NCBI GenBank assembly: GCA_963724765.1
Contig: CAVRVY010000004.1
Coordinates: 1,312,001-1,376,000, forward strand
DNA: 64,000 nt
Reading direction: 5' to 3'
DNA from: an uncultured delta proteobacterium
Lineage (GTDB): Bacteria; Desulfobacterota; Binatia; Binatales; Binataceae
The notes under the pieces are model-generated. The model saw only the letters and a list, made by a program, of their open reading frames with translations. It had not been told where the DNA came from and ran no database searches. The translations under genes were made by a program, and so were the position numbers. Position 1 is the stretch's first letter. Each line of letters begins with the position of its first letter. Below, in pieces: positions 9,703 to 20,270 of the stretch.

Positions 9703-9726
9703 TTCGCCCGCGCGCCGCAAGCGAAC

Positions 9727-10782
9727 GTGGCCAGCAAGAAGGTCGTGGTGCTGCCCGGCGACGACGCCGCGCCGGAGACGGTCGGGGCGGCGATGGAAGT
9801 CCTGCGGGCGCTGGGGCCGGATATCGAGTACGTCGAGTTCCCGCCCGGCGAGCACTGGGTGCGCGGCAAGACCGCGATCGACGCGCGCGCGGCGATCGAC
9901 GCCTCGGATTCCACGCTGTTCGGCTCGACTTCAGGCAAGACGGCGGGAATTTTCTACCTGCGCTGGGGCAAGGACACGTATGCCAACGTGCGGCCCGCGC
10001 GTTACATCCCGGGCGCGCGCAGTCCGCTCAAGCATGCCGAGGGCATCGACTACGTAATCGGGCGCGAGAACCTCGAGGATCTCTACCTCGGCCTGGAGGG
10101 ACCGCTCGAGGTTTTAAGCCCGCTCAAGCTGCACAGCCGCATCACGCGCGCCGCGTTGGATACCTCGATGCCCGGGAAGTTCGCGATCAAGATCATCACC
10201 GAGCGCAACAGCAAGCGGATCGCGGAGTTCGCGTTTAAGCTCGCACGCAAGCGCAAGGCGGCCGGCGGCAAGGGCAAGGTCACCGCCACCTCGAAGTACA
10301 ACATGCTGCGCGAATCCGACGAGTTGTTCCGCCGTATCGCGGAAGACATTTCGTCAGGCTATCCGGATATCGCGTACGAGCAGTTCATCATCGATGATTT
10401 CGCGCGCCGCGTGGTGCAGAGCCCGCACGATCTCGACGTGGTGGTGATGCCAAACCTTTACGGCGACATCATGTCGGACGCCGCCGCGGGCACGCTGGGC
10501 GGACTCGGCCTCGCGCCGAGCGGATGCTACGGCAGCGACTACGCCTACTTCGAGTCGGTGCACGGAACCGCGCCCGATATCGTGGGACAAAACATCATCA
10601 ACCCGACCGCCACGATGCTCTCGGCCGCGATGATGCTGGAGTACCTCGGTTTCGGCGCGCAAGCGCAGCGCTTCGAGAGCGCCGTGCGCAAGGTCTACGC
10701 CGAGGGCCGCGTGCTCACGCCCGACCAGGGCGGACGCTCGAGCACGACGGAGTTCACGCGTGCGGTGATGGCGAATCTGTAG
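9727..10782 (+). CDS. Isocitrate/isopropylmalate dehydrogenase family protein
   Basis: LPGDD, YANVRP, RENLEDLY, NLYGDIMSD, FESVHGTAPDI, NPTATMLS. Confidence 0.9.
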   Translation: MASKKVVVLPGDDAAPETVGAAMEVLRALGPDIEYVEFPPGEHWVRGKTAIDARAAIDASDSTLFGSTSGKTAGIFYLRWGKDTYANVRPARYIPGARSPLKHAEGIDYVIGRENLEDLYLGLEGPLEVLSPLKLHSRITRAALDTSMPGKFAIKIITERNSKRIAEFAFKLARKRKAAGGKGKVTATSKYNMLRESDELFRRIAEDISSGYPDIAYEQFIIDDFARRVVQSPHDLDVVVMPNLYGDIMSDAAAGTLGGLGLAPSGCYGSDYAYFESVHGTAPDIVGQNIINPTATMLSAAMMLEYLGFGAQAQRFESAVRKVYAEGRVLTPDQGGRSSTTEFTRAVMANL

Positions 10783-10900
10783 CGGCGCACTATGGCCTTA
10801 CCGTCTTGGCCTCTGGGGTTATCTTCAGGAGAAAAGCGCTTCGCTGATTTTCCGAATAGAATTCACGAACTCTCAGCGTGACCTAAGAGGCCGAAACATC

Positions 10901-11821
10901 TCAATAGAAACGCTGCTCGCCGGGCGGGCGGGTTTTCCATCGCCGATGGATCCAGTTCCAGTGGTCCGGATAACGACGCACCATGTCCTCGATCGTCCTG
11001 GTGTAGCGCTGCGTATTGAGCAGGACTGACTCTTCGCGATCGGCGCCACAGATCATTTCGATCGGCTCCATGCATTCGATAAAGTGACGGCTGCTGGTGC
11101 CGTCGCGCACGGCAAAGACCGGCACCACCGGCACGCCGGTCGCTAGCGCAAGCCGCGCCAGCCCGTCGCTGGTCGAGGCCTTGAGCGAGAAGAAATCAAC
11201 GAACACGCCCTTGCGCACGTCGAGGTCGAGCGGCATCCCCACAATCCAGTTCTGCCGGAGCAGGCGCAGCACTTCGCGTCCAGCGCCCTTGCGCGGTACG
11301 CCGCGGTTACCGAAACGGTTGCGCGCCGTGCATACGGCGGCGTCGATGAGCGGATTGCGCAGCGGGCGATGAACGATCGCCACGCGATGGCCGTAAATCG
11401 AGTGCGCCAGAATCATCAGCTCCCAGTTGCCGAAATGGCCGGTCAGGATAAGGCCGCCGCGCCCGCGCGACAGTTCCTCGCCCCGCTTCCAGTTCTCCAT
11501 CCCGCGATAGGTGGCGAACCGCTCTATATTGTCGGGCCCGAGAGTGCAAAAGTGCGTCCATTCGGCGAGCATCCGGCCCCAGTTCTCATAGGTGGCGCGC
11601 AGGATTCGCAACCGATCGGCCCGGCTTAGCCCGGGAAAAGCGATCTCCAGGTTGCGCATCGCCACCGGCCGGTTGAAGCGATCAATCCGCATCGCGAGTG
11701 CGCCCGCGCGCGCGCCCGCGCGTATGGCGCGCTCGCGCTCCATCGCGGCGATCGGCGCGACGAGCGCGCCGATCGCCGCATACTCCAAACGCGCGCGCAG
11801 CGGACCAGTCTGACGAGCCAT
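10901..11821 (-). CDS. lpxL: Lipid A biosynthesis late acyltransferase (LpxL/HtrB family)
   Basis: TGHFGNWE (HxxxxE), YPDHWNWIHRRWKTRP; start ATG 11821. Confidence 0.88.
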   Translation of the reverse strand: MARQTGPLRARLEYAAIGALVAPIAAMERERAIRAGARAGALAMRIDRFNRPVAMRNLEIAFPGLSRADRLRILRATYENWGRMLAEWTHFCTLGPDNIERFATYRGMENWKRGEELSRGRGGLILTGHFGNWELMILAHSIYGHRVAIVHRPLRNPLIDAAVCTARNRFGNRGVPRKGAGREVLRLLRQNWIVGMPLDLDVRKGVFVDFFSLKASTSDGLARLALATGVPVVPVFAVRDGTSSRHFIECMEPIEMICGADREESVLLNTQRYTRTIEDMVRRYPDHWNWIHRRWKTRPPGEQRFY

Positions 11822-12053
11822 CGCGCCCACGAGCGTTCCAGAGCGGGGGCGGGCGCGCAAGCGCCCACTCCCGCTCTGGAACGCGTCGCGGAGACACCGC
11901 CTCAAGGCGGCGTATCCGCGCAAAGACGGGTGGTGCGGGCGGCGCTTACGCCGCCCGCTCCCACCCGATGTCTCAGCCGCGCGCGCCGGCAAGGCACGCG
12001 CGGACTCCACAAGCCGCGGCGCCGCTCACGCGGTGCCGCGGCGCTGCGCAGGC

Positions 12054-14690
12054 CTATGGTGCATCGGCGGCACCGGCCGCCGCTGGTGCGGCGGCGATCG
12101 CGGCCGAAGGTGCAGCCGGCAACGTCGACCCGATGGTCGACGGCGAGGCGGTCGCCGGCGATGACGGCGGCGCCGTCATCCATGGGGCGGGCTTGACCGC
12201 GCCTCGGCTGGTCGTCGGTCCGATCTCTTCGGTGTTAAACGGCGTAGAGGACGAGGGCGCCGGCGCCGTCATGCTCGATGACGAAGACCCAAAGCCGCCG
12301 CCGAAGCCGCCGCCACTGGACGGCAGCCTCGTCGAGCCGCGGTCTTTCAGATCCTGAGCGGGCGAGACCGGCACGCTGAAGGTCGGCTGATAAAGCTGCT
12401 TGTACTGATCCATCGGCATCTGGTGCATCTCCCTGCGGCCCAGCGCGTCGGTGAACTTCTGGCGCTCGTCGAGCGCCAGCGAGCGCAGGTCTTCACGCGT
12501 GCGCACCACGTGTGGAGTGAGAAACACCAGCAGGTTATCTTTCTGCTTGTTGCTGCCGTTGTCGCTGAACAGGTTGCCGATCACCGGGATGTCCGAGATG
12601 AACGGGATCGCCGAGCGCTGGATGTCGGTCTCGCTGGACAGCAATCCGCCGATTACCGCCGTACGATGGTCCTGGACCATCACCGTGGTCGACGCCGAGC
12701 GGATGGTGGTGGTCGGTCCGAGCGGATTGCTGCTCTGGTTGGTGGTACCGCTGACTACGTTTGAGACTTCCTCGTACACGTCGAGCCGCACGTAATCGCC
12801 CTCAGACACCTGGGGGATAATGTCGAGCGTGATGCCGACGTTCTGACGATCGACTGAATTGAAGATCTGTCCCGACAGCGCCGAGGTGGCGCTCGCGGAT
12901 CCCACGAATGGCAGGTTCTCGCCGACCACGATCGTCGCCTCTTCGTTGTCCGCGGTGAGCAAAGTGGGCGCGGAAAGGACGTTGCTATGGGTATCAGTCT
13001 CAAGCGCGGTCAGCAGCGCGACATCGCAGGGCACTGTGGTGGTGGTTGCAGTGGTGCCGGTGGCGGCGGTGGCGACGGTCGACGCGGCGGCCAAAGCGGT
13101 GGAGACGGTACATTGGCTGCCCGAGGCCAACCCGATACTCAGCCCGGTCAACCCCAGCGGATTGGTGAGCGCGGTCTGAAGGTTGCCATAATTCAGTTGT
13201 CCGACACCGAGCGTGCTGCCGCTGATGTTGGTGGCCGCCTGCCAGTTGACCCCGATGTCGCGGGCGCGCTGGGCGCTGACCTCGACCATGATCGCCTGCA
13301 CGAAGACCTGGATGCGCGGCACGTCGAGTTCCGCGATGACGCGGCGGAGCGTCTGGTAGTCCTGCGGTGAGGCGCTGATTATGAGCGAGTTGGTGGCCGG
13401 ATCGGCGGTCACGTTGACCGCGTTTTCGAAGTCTGGTGATTTCCCGCCGCCGCCAGTGCTCGCGGTGACCGCTTCAGCCGTGCTGCCGCCGCTCCGACCG
13501 CCCATCGGCGATCCCATCGAACCGCCGAACGCGGAGTTGGAACCGGCGCCGCCAAACGACGCGCTCGAGCCGCCGAAACCGCCGCTCATACCGCCGCCGA
13601 AGCCGCCGCTCGAGCCGCCGAAACCGCCGCTCATACCGCCGCCGAAGCCGGAGTTGAGCGATCCGCTGCTCCCCATGCCGCCCGAGCCGCCGCGGCCGAG
13701 CGAGTTGCGCCCGGTCACCGGTGACAGTGTTGACGGCGCGCCGCCGCCGCCCAACAGCCCGTTGAGCACCTGAACTATCTCGCCCGCCATCGCGTTCTTC
13801 AGCCGGTACACATGGATGCGCGAGTTCTCGTTGGGCGGATGCACATCGAGCTTGACGATCAGATCTTTGATGGTGCGCATCTGCAGCGGTCCCGCCAGCA
13901 CGATCAACGAGTTGGTGCGCTCGTCGGGCACCACCTTGAAACCGCCGGTCGGCCCCTGCGCCGACGGCGCCACCACGCCCAGGCCGGGCCGCGGAAAGCG
14001 TCCGCTGCTGGATTCCGTGCCGCCTTCAGCGCTCATAATCTTTTCGATCTGCGAGGCCAGGTCGTCGGCGAACGCGAGCTGAAGCGGAATGACCTCTATA
14101 TTCTGCCGCGTACCCTGGATGTCGAGGCTGCCGACGATCCTGAGCAGACGGTCGATGTTGTAGGCGTCGTCGGTCAGGATGAGGGTGTTGTCTTCCGGAA
14201 ATGCTGCGACCAGGCCGTCATGCGAAACCATCGGCTGCACCACGCCGACCAGCGAAGCGGCATCGATGTTCTTGAGCCTGATCATCCGCGTGACGTACGA
14301 GTCGCCGCGGGCTTCGCCGGGTTCCTGCGAAGTGGTAAGCGCGGCCGACTCGCGGACTTCGCGCGAAGGCACAATTTTTATCACCGGCCCGGCCTGCACC
14401 GTGGTGAAGCCTTTGAGCTGGAGCACCGACTGAAAAATGGAATAGGCCTGGGCCGGTGTGACCTTGCTCGGCGAAATGATGCTGACCTTGCCGCGCACGC
14501 TCTCGTCGACCACGAAATTCTTGCCGGTAATCTCGCTGATGAACTTGGCCAGGACGGGAATATCCACATCCTGGAAGTTCATGGTGATGAGATTCTGGTC
14601 CTGCGGCGGTGAATCTTCGGCCCGAACATGCGCGCAGAGCACGCAAGACCAAGCCGCAAGGGCTAGTGCCCCCAACAACCAGCACTTCAT
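12054..14690 (-). CDS. gspD: Type II secretion system secretin GspD
   Basis: MNFQDVDI..ISEITGKNFVVD..VRGKVSII, DERTNSLIV, SAPTLLTADNEEATIVVG, IPVIGNLF, LLVFLTPHVVR; start ATG 14690 with purine-rich RBS. Confidence 0.93.
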   Translation of the reverse strand: MKCWLLGALALAAWSCVLCAHVRAEDSPPQDQNLITMNFQDVDIPVLAKFISEITGKNFVVDESVRGKVSIISPSKVTPAQAYSIFQSVLQLKGFTTVQAGPVIKIVPSREVRESAALTTSQEPGEARGDSYVTRMIRLKNIDAASLVGVVQPMVSHDGLVAAFPEDNTLILTDDAYNIDRLLRIVGSLDIQGTRQNIEVIPLQLAFADDLASQIEKIMSAEGGTESSSGRFPRPGLGVVAPSAQGPTGGFKVVPDERTNSLIVLAGPLQMRTIKDLIVKLDVHPPNENSRIHVYRLKNAMAGEIVQVLNGLLGGGGAPSTLSPVTGRNSLGRGGSGGMGSSGSLNSGFGGGMSGGFGGSSGGFGGGMSGGFGGSSASFGGAGSNSAFGGSMGSPMGGRSGGSTAEAVTASTGGGGKSPDFENAVNVTADPATNSLIISASPQDYQTLRRVIAELDVPRIQVFVQAIMVEVSAQRARDIGVNWQAATNISGSTLGVGQLNYGNLQTALTNPLGLTGLSIGLASGSQCTVSTALAAASTVATAATGTTATTTTVPCDVALLTALETDTHSNVLSAPTLLTADNEEATIVVGENLPFVGSASATSALSGQIFNSVDRQNVGITLDIIPQVSEGDYVRLDVYEEVSNVVSGTTNQSSNPLGPTTTIRSASTTVMVQDHRTAVIGGLLSSETDIQRSAIPFISDIPVIGNLFSDNGSNKQKDNLLVFLTPHVVRTREDLRSLALDERQKFTDALGRREMHQMPMDQYKQLYQPTFSVPVSPAQDLKDRGSTRLPSSGGGFGGGFGSSSSSMTAPAPSSSTPFNTEEIGPTTSRGAVKPAPWMTAPPSSPATASPSTIGSTLPAAPSAAIAAAPAAAGAADAP
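13562..13650. repeat. 45-bp tandem duplication encoding a Gly/Ser-rich GspD loop
   Basis: CGCTCGAGCCGCCGAAACCGCCGCTCATACCGCCGCCGAAGCCG occurs at 13562 and 13607. Confidence 0.85.
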
Positions 14691-14928
14691 GTGGATACCC
14701 CCTCGGCGGTGACTCTCGGCCTTTATAGCGGTCCGACAAGGGCATCGCAACCACGCCCCCGTTTGCAAAACTGTTAAGCCTCAAAGACTATTGAAAAGAT
14801 GGAATTCTCACCGATTTGCATAACCCTCTTCACATGACGATCAGCAACGGCAGCTCGGCCACAACGCCTGTCGTCTGGCGCGCGCCCCGGCGGCTGCCGC
14901 GCGCTAACCTCTCCATATACGGGCAACG

Positions 14929-16209
14929 GTGCGCTTCGAATACCTGATAGGCATGCGCTACCTGCGCGCCCGCCGGCGCGAGCGCTTCGTCTCGCTGATC
15001 GCGATCATCTCGCTCGCCGGCGTGGCGCTCGGCACTTTTGCGCTGACCGTGGTGCTCTCGGTGATGAGCGGTTTTCAGGAAGACCTGCGCCAGCGCCTCC
15101 TCGCTTTCAACCCGCACGTCACGGTGCAAAGTTCCAACGCCGTGACGTTTGATCCAGCGCCGCTGCTGGGGCGGATCACCGCGCTCCCCGGAGTCGAGGC
15201 GGCCGCGCCCTATGTTTCCTCGCAAGTGATGGCGGTTTCGACCAACGCCGAGGGAGTGCCGGCCTACGTGGCGGGCGGCGTGCTGCGCGGAGTGGTGGCG
15301 GCGAACAACCCGGTGCTGACCGAACTCAAGGAGACGCTGAAGGTGGGCGGCCTCGACGCGCTGGATCGGACCTATTCGGCCACCGTCACCGATAACGGCG
15401 CCAAACGCAGCGTAAAGCTTCCCGGTGCGATCATCGGCGACTCGCTCGCCTTTGAGCTGGGAATCCGCGTGGGCGAACCGATGGTCCTGATCTCGCCCGC
15501 CAGCCTGGGCGGCGGAATCGGCGCTCCGCGCCTTCGGCGCTTCGTTGTCGGCGGGATGTTTCATTCGGGAATGTACCAGTTCGACTCCTCGCTGATCTTC
15601 GTTTCGCTCAAAGACGCCCGCGCCTTGCTCGCCGACGATCCGCAGCTCGAAAGCGGCCTGGAGGTGCGCGTGCACAACCTGTTCGACGCGCCCGCGATCG
15701 GCGCCCGCATCGGACGCATCGCCGGCACCGGCTTCACGGTGACTGACTGGACGCAGCCCAACGCGGCGTTGTTCTCGGCGCTCAAACTGGAGAAGTTCAC
15801 CTACTTCCTGGTGCTGATGCTGATCGTGCTGGTGGCGGCGTTCAATATCGTGGCCACGCTTGTGATGGTGGTGATGGAGCGGCGCAAGGAGATCGCGATT
15901 CTGCGCGCGATGGGCGCGCGGGCCGGCTCGGTCGCGGCAATTTTTCTGTGTGAGGGCGCCGCGCTGGGCCTCGTCGGCACCGCCACCGGCGTGCTGGGCG
16001 GCTTCGTGACTTCGTTCCTCATCGGCAAGTATCATCTGATCCATTTGCCGCCCGATATGTTCATGGTAAGCGCGGTGCCGGTGCGCCTGTACCCGGTAAA
16101 CTTCCTCGCGGTGGCGGCGGCGGCCGTGGTGCTTTGCCTGGGCGCGTCGCTTTACCCCGCTTTCAAGGCGCGCACACTCTCACCGGTCGAGATCATCCGC
16201 TATGAATGA
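14929..16209 (+). CDS. lolE: Lipoprotein-releasing ABC transporter permease LolC/E
   Basis: RYLRARRR..FVSLI, LSVMSGF, AAFNIVATLVMVVMERRKEIAILRAMGA. Confidence 0.92.
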   Translation: MRFEYLIGMRYLRARRRERFVSLIAIISLAGVALGTFALTVVLSVMSGFQEDLRQRLLAFNPHVTVQSSNAVTFDPAPLLGRITALPGVEAAAPYVSSQVMAVSTNAEGVPAYVAGGVLRGVVAANNPVLTELKETLKVGGLDALDRTYSATVTDNGAKRSVKLPGAIIGDSLAFELGIRVGEPMVLISPASLGGGIGAPRLRRFVVGGMFHSGMYQFDSSLIFVSLKDARALLADDPQLESGLEVRVHNLFDAPAIGARIGRIAGTGFTVTDWTQPNAALFSALKLEKFTYFLVLMLIVLVAAFNIVATLVMVVMERRKEIAILRAMGARAGSVAAIFLCEGAALGLVGTATGVLGGFVTSFLIGKYHLIHLPPDMFMVSAVPVRLYPVNFLAVAAAAVVLCLGASLYPAFKARTLSPVEIIRYE

Positions 16210-16960
16210 GCGCGGCAGACCGTCCCAGACAACTGCCCGGACTGCTGCCCCGGCTCCGCTCCCGGCCGCGGCCGGCGCGGAGCTGCTGCTGCGAGCCGAA
16301 GCGCTCGACAAGAGCTTTTTCGACGCCGGCCGCGAAGTCCGCGTGTTGCGAGGGCTCGAGCTGGAGGTCAAGGCGGGCGAGGAAATAGCGATCGTGGGGC
16401 AGTCGGGCACGGGCAAATCGACCCTGCTCCACGTGCTGGGAAGCCTGGAGACGCCCACCGCGGGCAAGGTGTACTTCGAGGGCCAGGACTTGTTCGCGCT
16501 CGGCGAGCGTGCGCTGGCGGAGTTTCGCAACCTCAAACTCGGCTTCGTTTTCCAGTTCCACTACCTGCTCGCCGACTTCAGCGCGCTTGAGAACGTGATG
16601 ATGCCGGCGCTGATCGCGCGGATGGCCGAGCGCGAGGCGGCGCGGCGCGCGAGTGAGGTGCTGGAGCTGGTGGGACTAGCCGACAAGCTTCATCGGCGGC
16701 CCGCCGAGCTTTCCGGGGGCGAGCAGCAGCGCGTGGCGGTGGCGCGCGCGGTGGTATTGCATCCGCGCCTGATGCTGGCCGACGAGCCGACCGGCAACCT
16801 CGATCCGCAAACCGCCGAGGAGGTTCATCAGCTCTTCCATCTGCTCAACCGGCAACTGGGCATCACCATGGTGATCGCGACCCACAATGAATCGCTGACG
16901 CGTTCGATGGGCCGTGCGCTGAGGATGCGCGACGGGCACCTGATCGAGGAGCGCGGCTAA
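16202..16960 (+). CDS. lolD: Lipoprotein-releasing ABC transporter ATPase LolD
   Basis: [45 protein letters not shown]. Confidence 0.93.
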   Translation: MNERGRPSQTTARTAAPAPLPAAAGAELLLRAEALDKSFFDAGREVRVLRGLELEVKAGEEIAIVGQSGTGKSTLLHVLGSLETPTAGKVYFEGQDLFALGERALAEFRNLKLGFVFQFHYLLADFSALENVMMPALIARMAEREAARRASEVLELVGLADKLHRRPAELSGGEQQRVAVARAVVLHPRLMLADEPTGNLDPQTAEEVHQLFHLLNRQLGITMVIATHNESLTRSMGRALRMRDGHLIEERG

Positions 16961-17077
16961 CTGGCGACACGGCGGTGCACAGCCCGCCGGGCATCTTGGC
17001 AGTCTCTGCCTTACTTCGGTTTACTTCACAGTAGCGATTGGTTAGCTTGGTCGCGCCTCGCACAGATGGGAAGGTGA

Positions 17078-19453
17078 TTGGTGGATTTGCGCACGTGGTG
17101 CCGCCCAGGGAAGCGCCTGGTCCATAAGTTTTTTTTATTGGTGGCGCTGATGTTTGCGGCACAAAGTGTCGGTGCGCAGCCGCGCCCGACTATCGAGCGC
17201 GTTCGCATCGTCGGTAACCAGCGTGTCGAAGAAGACGCGATCCGCATTCACATCAGCGCGCAGCCTGGCCAGCCGCTAGACGACGCGATTGTCGACCAGG
17301 ACGTCAAGTCCATCTATCGGATGGGCTTTTTCACGGACGTTCACGCCACCGTCGATCGGCAGGGCGGCCAGGCAATCCTTACCTACCACGTCAGGGAGCG
17401 GCCGCTGATTACCGACGTCCACACCGAGGGGATGAAAGAGATCAAGCCTACCGCCGACGAGGTGGTGGGCGCGATCAAGCTGCATTCGGGCGTAATCGAA
17501 GACCCGCAGCTCGTGCAATCGAGCATCCAGGCCCTGCGGCAGGTCTATCAGGACAAGGGCTATCTCGACGCCGACATCACGTTTCGCACGATTTCCGGGC
17601 CCAACAACACCGCGGTCGGCGTGTTCCACGTAAGCGAAGGGCCGCTGGTCCAGATAAGTGGCATCCGTTTCGTCGGCAACAAGGCGTTCTCGGCCAGCCG
17701 GCTGAGCGGGATGATGGAGACGCGCAAGCATAATATACTCAGCCGCATCTTCAACACCGGTACGCTCGACCGCGCCAAGCTGCAGGACGACGTCGACCGC
17801 CTGACCGCGTTTTACTACAACCACGGCTACCTGCAGGTGCATATCGGCGACCCCACCATCACCCGTCATGGCAATTCGATCATCGTCACGGTCACCATCG
17901 ACGAGGGTCCGGTCTTCAGGACCGGCAAGATAGGCGTGGCCGGCGACCTCAAGTTTCCCAAGAGCGAGCTGGCCTCCAAGCTCACGCTCAAGCCCAACAA
18001 GGTCTTCAGCGGCGCCGACATGGAACATGACGTGCTGACGCTGTCGGACTTCTACTCTGACCGCGGCTACGCCTTCGTCAACGTCGACCCGCACACTCAG
18101 ATTGACCCCGTGGCGCATCGGGTCGATATCACCTACGCGATTACTCCGGGCAATGAGGTCCTGATCGACCGCATCAAGATTACCGGCAACACCAAAACCT
18201 CGGACAAGGTGATCCGGCGCGAGATCAAGGTGCAGGAGCAGGAACCCTATTCGGCGTCGAAGATCCAGGCCTCCAAGCAGCGGCTCGATCAGCTCGGCTA
18301 CTTCCAGAGCGTGCGCCTGTCGACTGAGCCGGCGCGCCAGCCCGACAAGATCAACCTCGACGTCAACGTGCAGGAGGGCAACACCGCTTCCTTCCAGGTC
18401 GGCGGCGGCTACGACAGCGCGTCTTCGCTGTTTGGCACTTTCCTGTTGCAGAATACCAATCTCTTCGGCGGCGGCGAGTCGGCCGCCTTCAGCGCCGAAA
18501 TCGGCTTTCTGTTCCAAAACCTGAGCGTCAGCTACACCGAGCCATGGTTCCTCGACATGCCGCTCGCGGTCAGCATCCAGGGCTTCGATAATAAGCTCTA
18601 CCTCTTCAGCTTCGACCAGAGCGAAATCGGCTTTCTGATCAACAGCGGTTATCCGCTGGCCGATCTGGGACTGCGCAAGCTTGGCCCGTTCTCGCTCGAG
18701 CACATCACGGCCGGGCTGGGTTACCAGTTCGAAAGCGTGGGCATCAGCAACCTCTCGCCGTTCACCACCTACGATATCCAGAACGCCAAGGGCTTCAGCC
18801 GGGTCTCGGAAATTTTGCCCTCGCTCCGCCGCTTCACGGTCGACGACCCGAGAGACCCGCGCAGCGGTTCGGTCCAGAGCCTCGACATGGAAGTCGCCGG
18901 ACTAGGTGGTACGCCGTTCATCAAGGGCGTCCTGCACGGCCACTGGTTCTTCCCGTTCATCAAGAGCCCGAGGCTGGGCGAATGGGTTTACTCGCCTTCG
19001 TTTACGCTGGGATGGGGCACCTCGCTGGAAACCGGCACTGGCGGCAACCTGCCGCTGTACGAACGCTTTTTCCCTGGCGGTCTCAATGGCCAGGGCCAGG
19101 TGCGCGGCTACGAGATCTATTCGCTGGGTCCACAGGTAACCCTGTTCAACCAGTTCGGTCAGCCCTTCGGAGTCGAGCAGGTGGGCGGCAGCAAGGAGTT
19201 GCTGTTCAGCCAGCAGATAGGGTTCCCGATAATCGACGCGTTGGGGCTGCGTGGCAACGTGTTCCTCGATGCGGGCAATTCGTTCCTGACCCGCGAGTCG
19301 ATCAACTTCGAAGGCCTGCAGTATGCCTGGGGAGTGGGGCTGTTCTGGAAGTCGCCCTTTGGTCCGATCAATGTCGACATCGCCAAACCGATCAACCGGC
19401 GGCCCAACGATCAGTCAACGGTTTTCGATTTCGGCGCAGGGGCTCCGCTCTAG
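17078..19453 (+). CDS. bamA: Outer membrane protein assembly factor BamA
   Basis: POTRA repeats (GNQRVE, GNTKTSDKVIRRE), VRGY motif, WKSPFGP; exact start uncertain. Confidence 0.95.
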   Translation: MVDLRTWCRPGKRLVHKFFLLVALMFAAQSVGAQPRPTIERVRIVGNQRVEEDAIRIHISAQPGQPLDDAIVDQDVKSIYRMGFFTDVHATVDRQGGQAILTYHVRERPLITDVHTEGMKEIKPTADEVVGAIKLHSGVIEDPQLVQSSIQALRQVYQDKGYLDADITFRTISGPNNTAVGVFHVSEGPLVQISGIRFVGNKAFSASRLSGMMETRKHNILSRIFNTGTLDRAKLQDDVDRLTAFYYNHGYLQVHIGDPTITRHGNSIIVTVTIDEGPVFRTGKIGVAGDLKFPKSELASKLTLKPNKVFSGADMEHDVLTLSDFYSDRGYAFVNVDPHTQIDPVAHRVDITYAITPGNEVLIDRIKITGNTKTSDKVIRREIKVQEQEPYSASKIQASKQRLDQLGYFQSVRLSTEPARQPDKINLDVNVQEGNTASFQVGGGYDSASSLFGTFLLQNTNLFGGGESAAFSAEIGFLFQNLSVSYTEPWFLDMPLAVSIQGFDNKLYLFSFDQSEIGFLINSGYPLADLGLRKLGPFSLEHITAGLGYQFESVGISNLSPFTTYDIQNAKGFSRVSEILPSLRRFTVDDPRDPRSGSVQSLDMEVAGLGGTPFIKGVLHGHWFFPFIKSPRLGEWVYSPSFTLGWGTSLETGTGGNLPLYERFFPGGLNGQGQVRGYEIYSLGPQVTLFNQFGQPFGVEQVGGSKELLFSQQIGFPIIDALGLRGNVFLDAGNSFLTRESINFEGLQYAWGVGLFWKSPFGPINVDIAKPINRRPNDQSTVFDFGAGAPL

Positions 19454-19603
19454 CGCAAGAGGCCCCGGTCTAGCGTAGGACGCGCCAAATCAGCTTAAAT
19501 GTCGTCAGACGTTTTCCGCGCCCCCCGGATATCACCCAAAGCGGCGCGAGTTCGCCAGTCAGCACTCGTGGCAAGTAGTCTTAGTGGGAGGGTCGTTATT
19601 TCG

Positions 19604-20260
19604 ATGAGGCAAGGTCTGATTTGTGGGGCGATGCTCCTGTTCATGGCTGCCGCGATCCCCGCGCGCGCGGAAGTCAAAATCGCGTACGTCGACATCCAAC
19701 GCGCGCTCAACGAATGCAACAACGGCAAGCGCGCGCGATCCAACATCCGCGTCGAGGCCGAACGCGCGCAGGTGAGACTCCAACGCGAGCAATCCGAGGC
19801 GCAGGCGCTCAAGGACGAACTCGACAAGAAGGGCATGCTGATGCCGCCCGACCAGCGTCAGAACCTCGAGGACGAGCTGGCCAAGAAGGCGCGCACGTTC
19901 CAGGACGACGTGAAAAACGAGCGCGACGAGCTTCATCAGAAGGATAACGAGGCCACCGCCGCCATCGTGCGCGACCTCGCCACCGTGGTCCACCGACTGG
20001 GAGAAAGAGCCGGCTACACCGTGGTGATGGAGAAGGGCGGATTGCTGTGGGCCATCCCCTCAGCCGACATCACCGATCAGGTCATCCGCTCCTACGACTC
20101 GATGAACGTCAAGGCCGGCACGCTTGCGCCCGATCCGCGATGGAGCGGGGCGGGTCCGCAGGCAGCGTCGGCCGGCGGCGGAGCGGCCGAGCCCGAAAGC
20201 GGTGAGGACACAAGTAGCAGCGCCGGTTCCACCCGCAAGCGTTCGAGTATCTCGAGGTAA
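19604..20260 (+). CDS. skp: OmpH/Skp periplasmic chaperone with low-complexity C-terminal tail
   Basis: Signal peptide, KIAYVDIQRAL, coiled coil, DITDQVI; follows bamA. Confidence 0.88.
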   Translation: MRQGLICGAMLLFMAAAIPARAEVKIAYVDIQRALNECNNGKRARSNIRVEAERAQVRLQREQSEAQALKDELDKKGMLMPPDQRQNLEDELAKKARTFQDDVKNERDELHQKDNEATAAIVRDLATVVHRLGERAGYTVVMEKGGLLWAIPSADITDQVIRSYDSMNVKAGTLAPDPRWSGAGPQAASAGGGAAEPESGEDTSSSAGSTRKRSSISR

Positions 20261-20270
20261 CAGCCGCGCC

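Noticed and set aside
17276-18703. Long antisense ORFs (e.g. 17276-18703, 6574-7764, 14830-16044, 53305-54441, 49639-50850)
   Set aside because: Shadow frames of well-supported high-GC genes with no recognisable motifs
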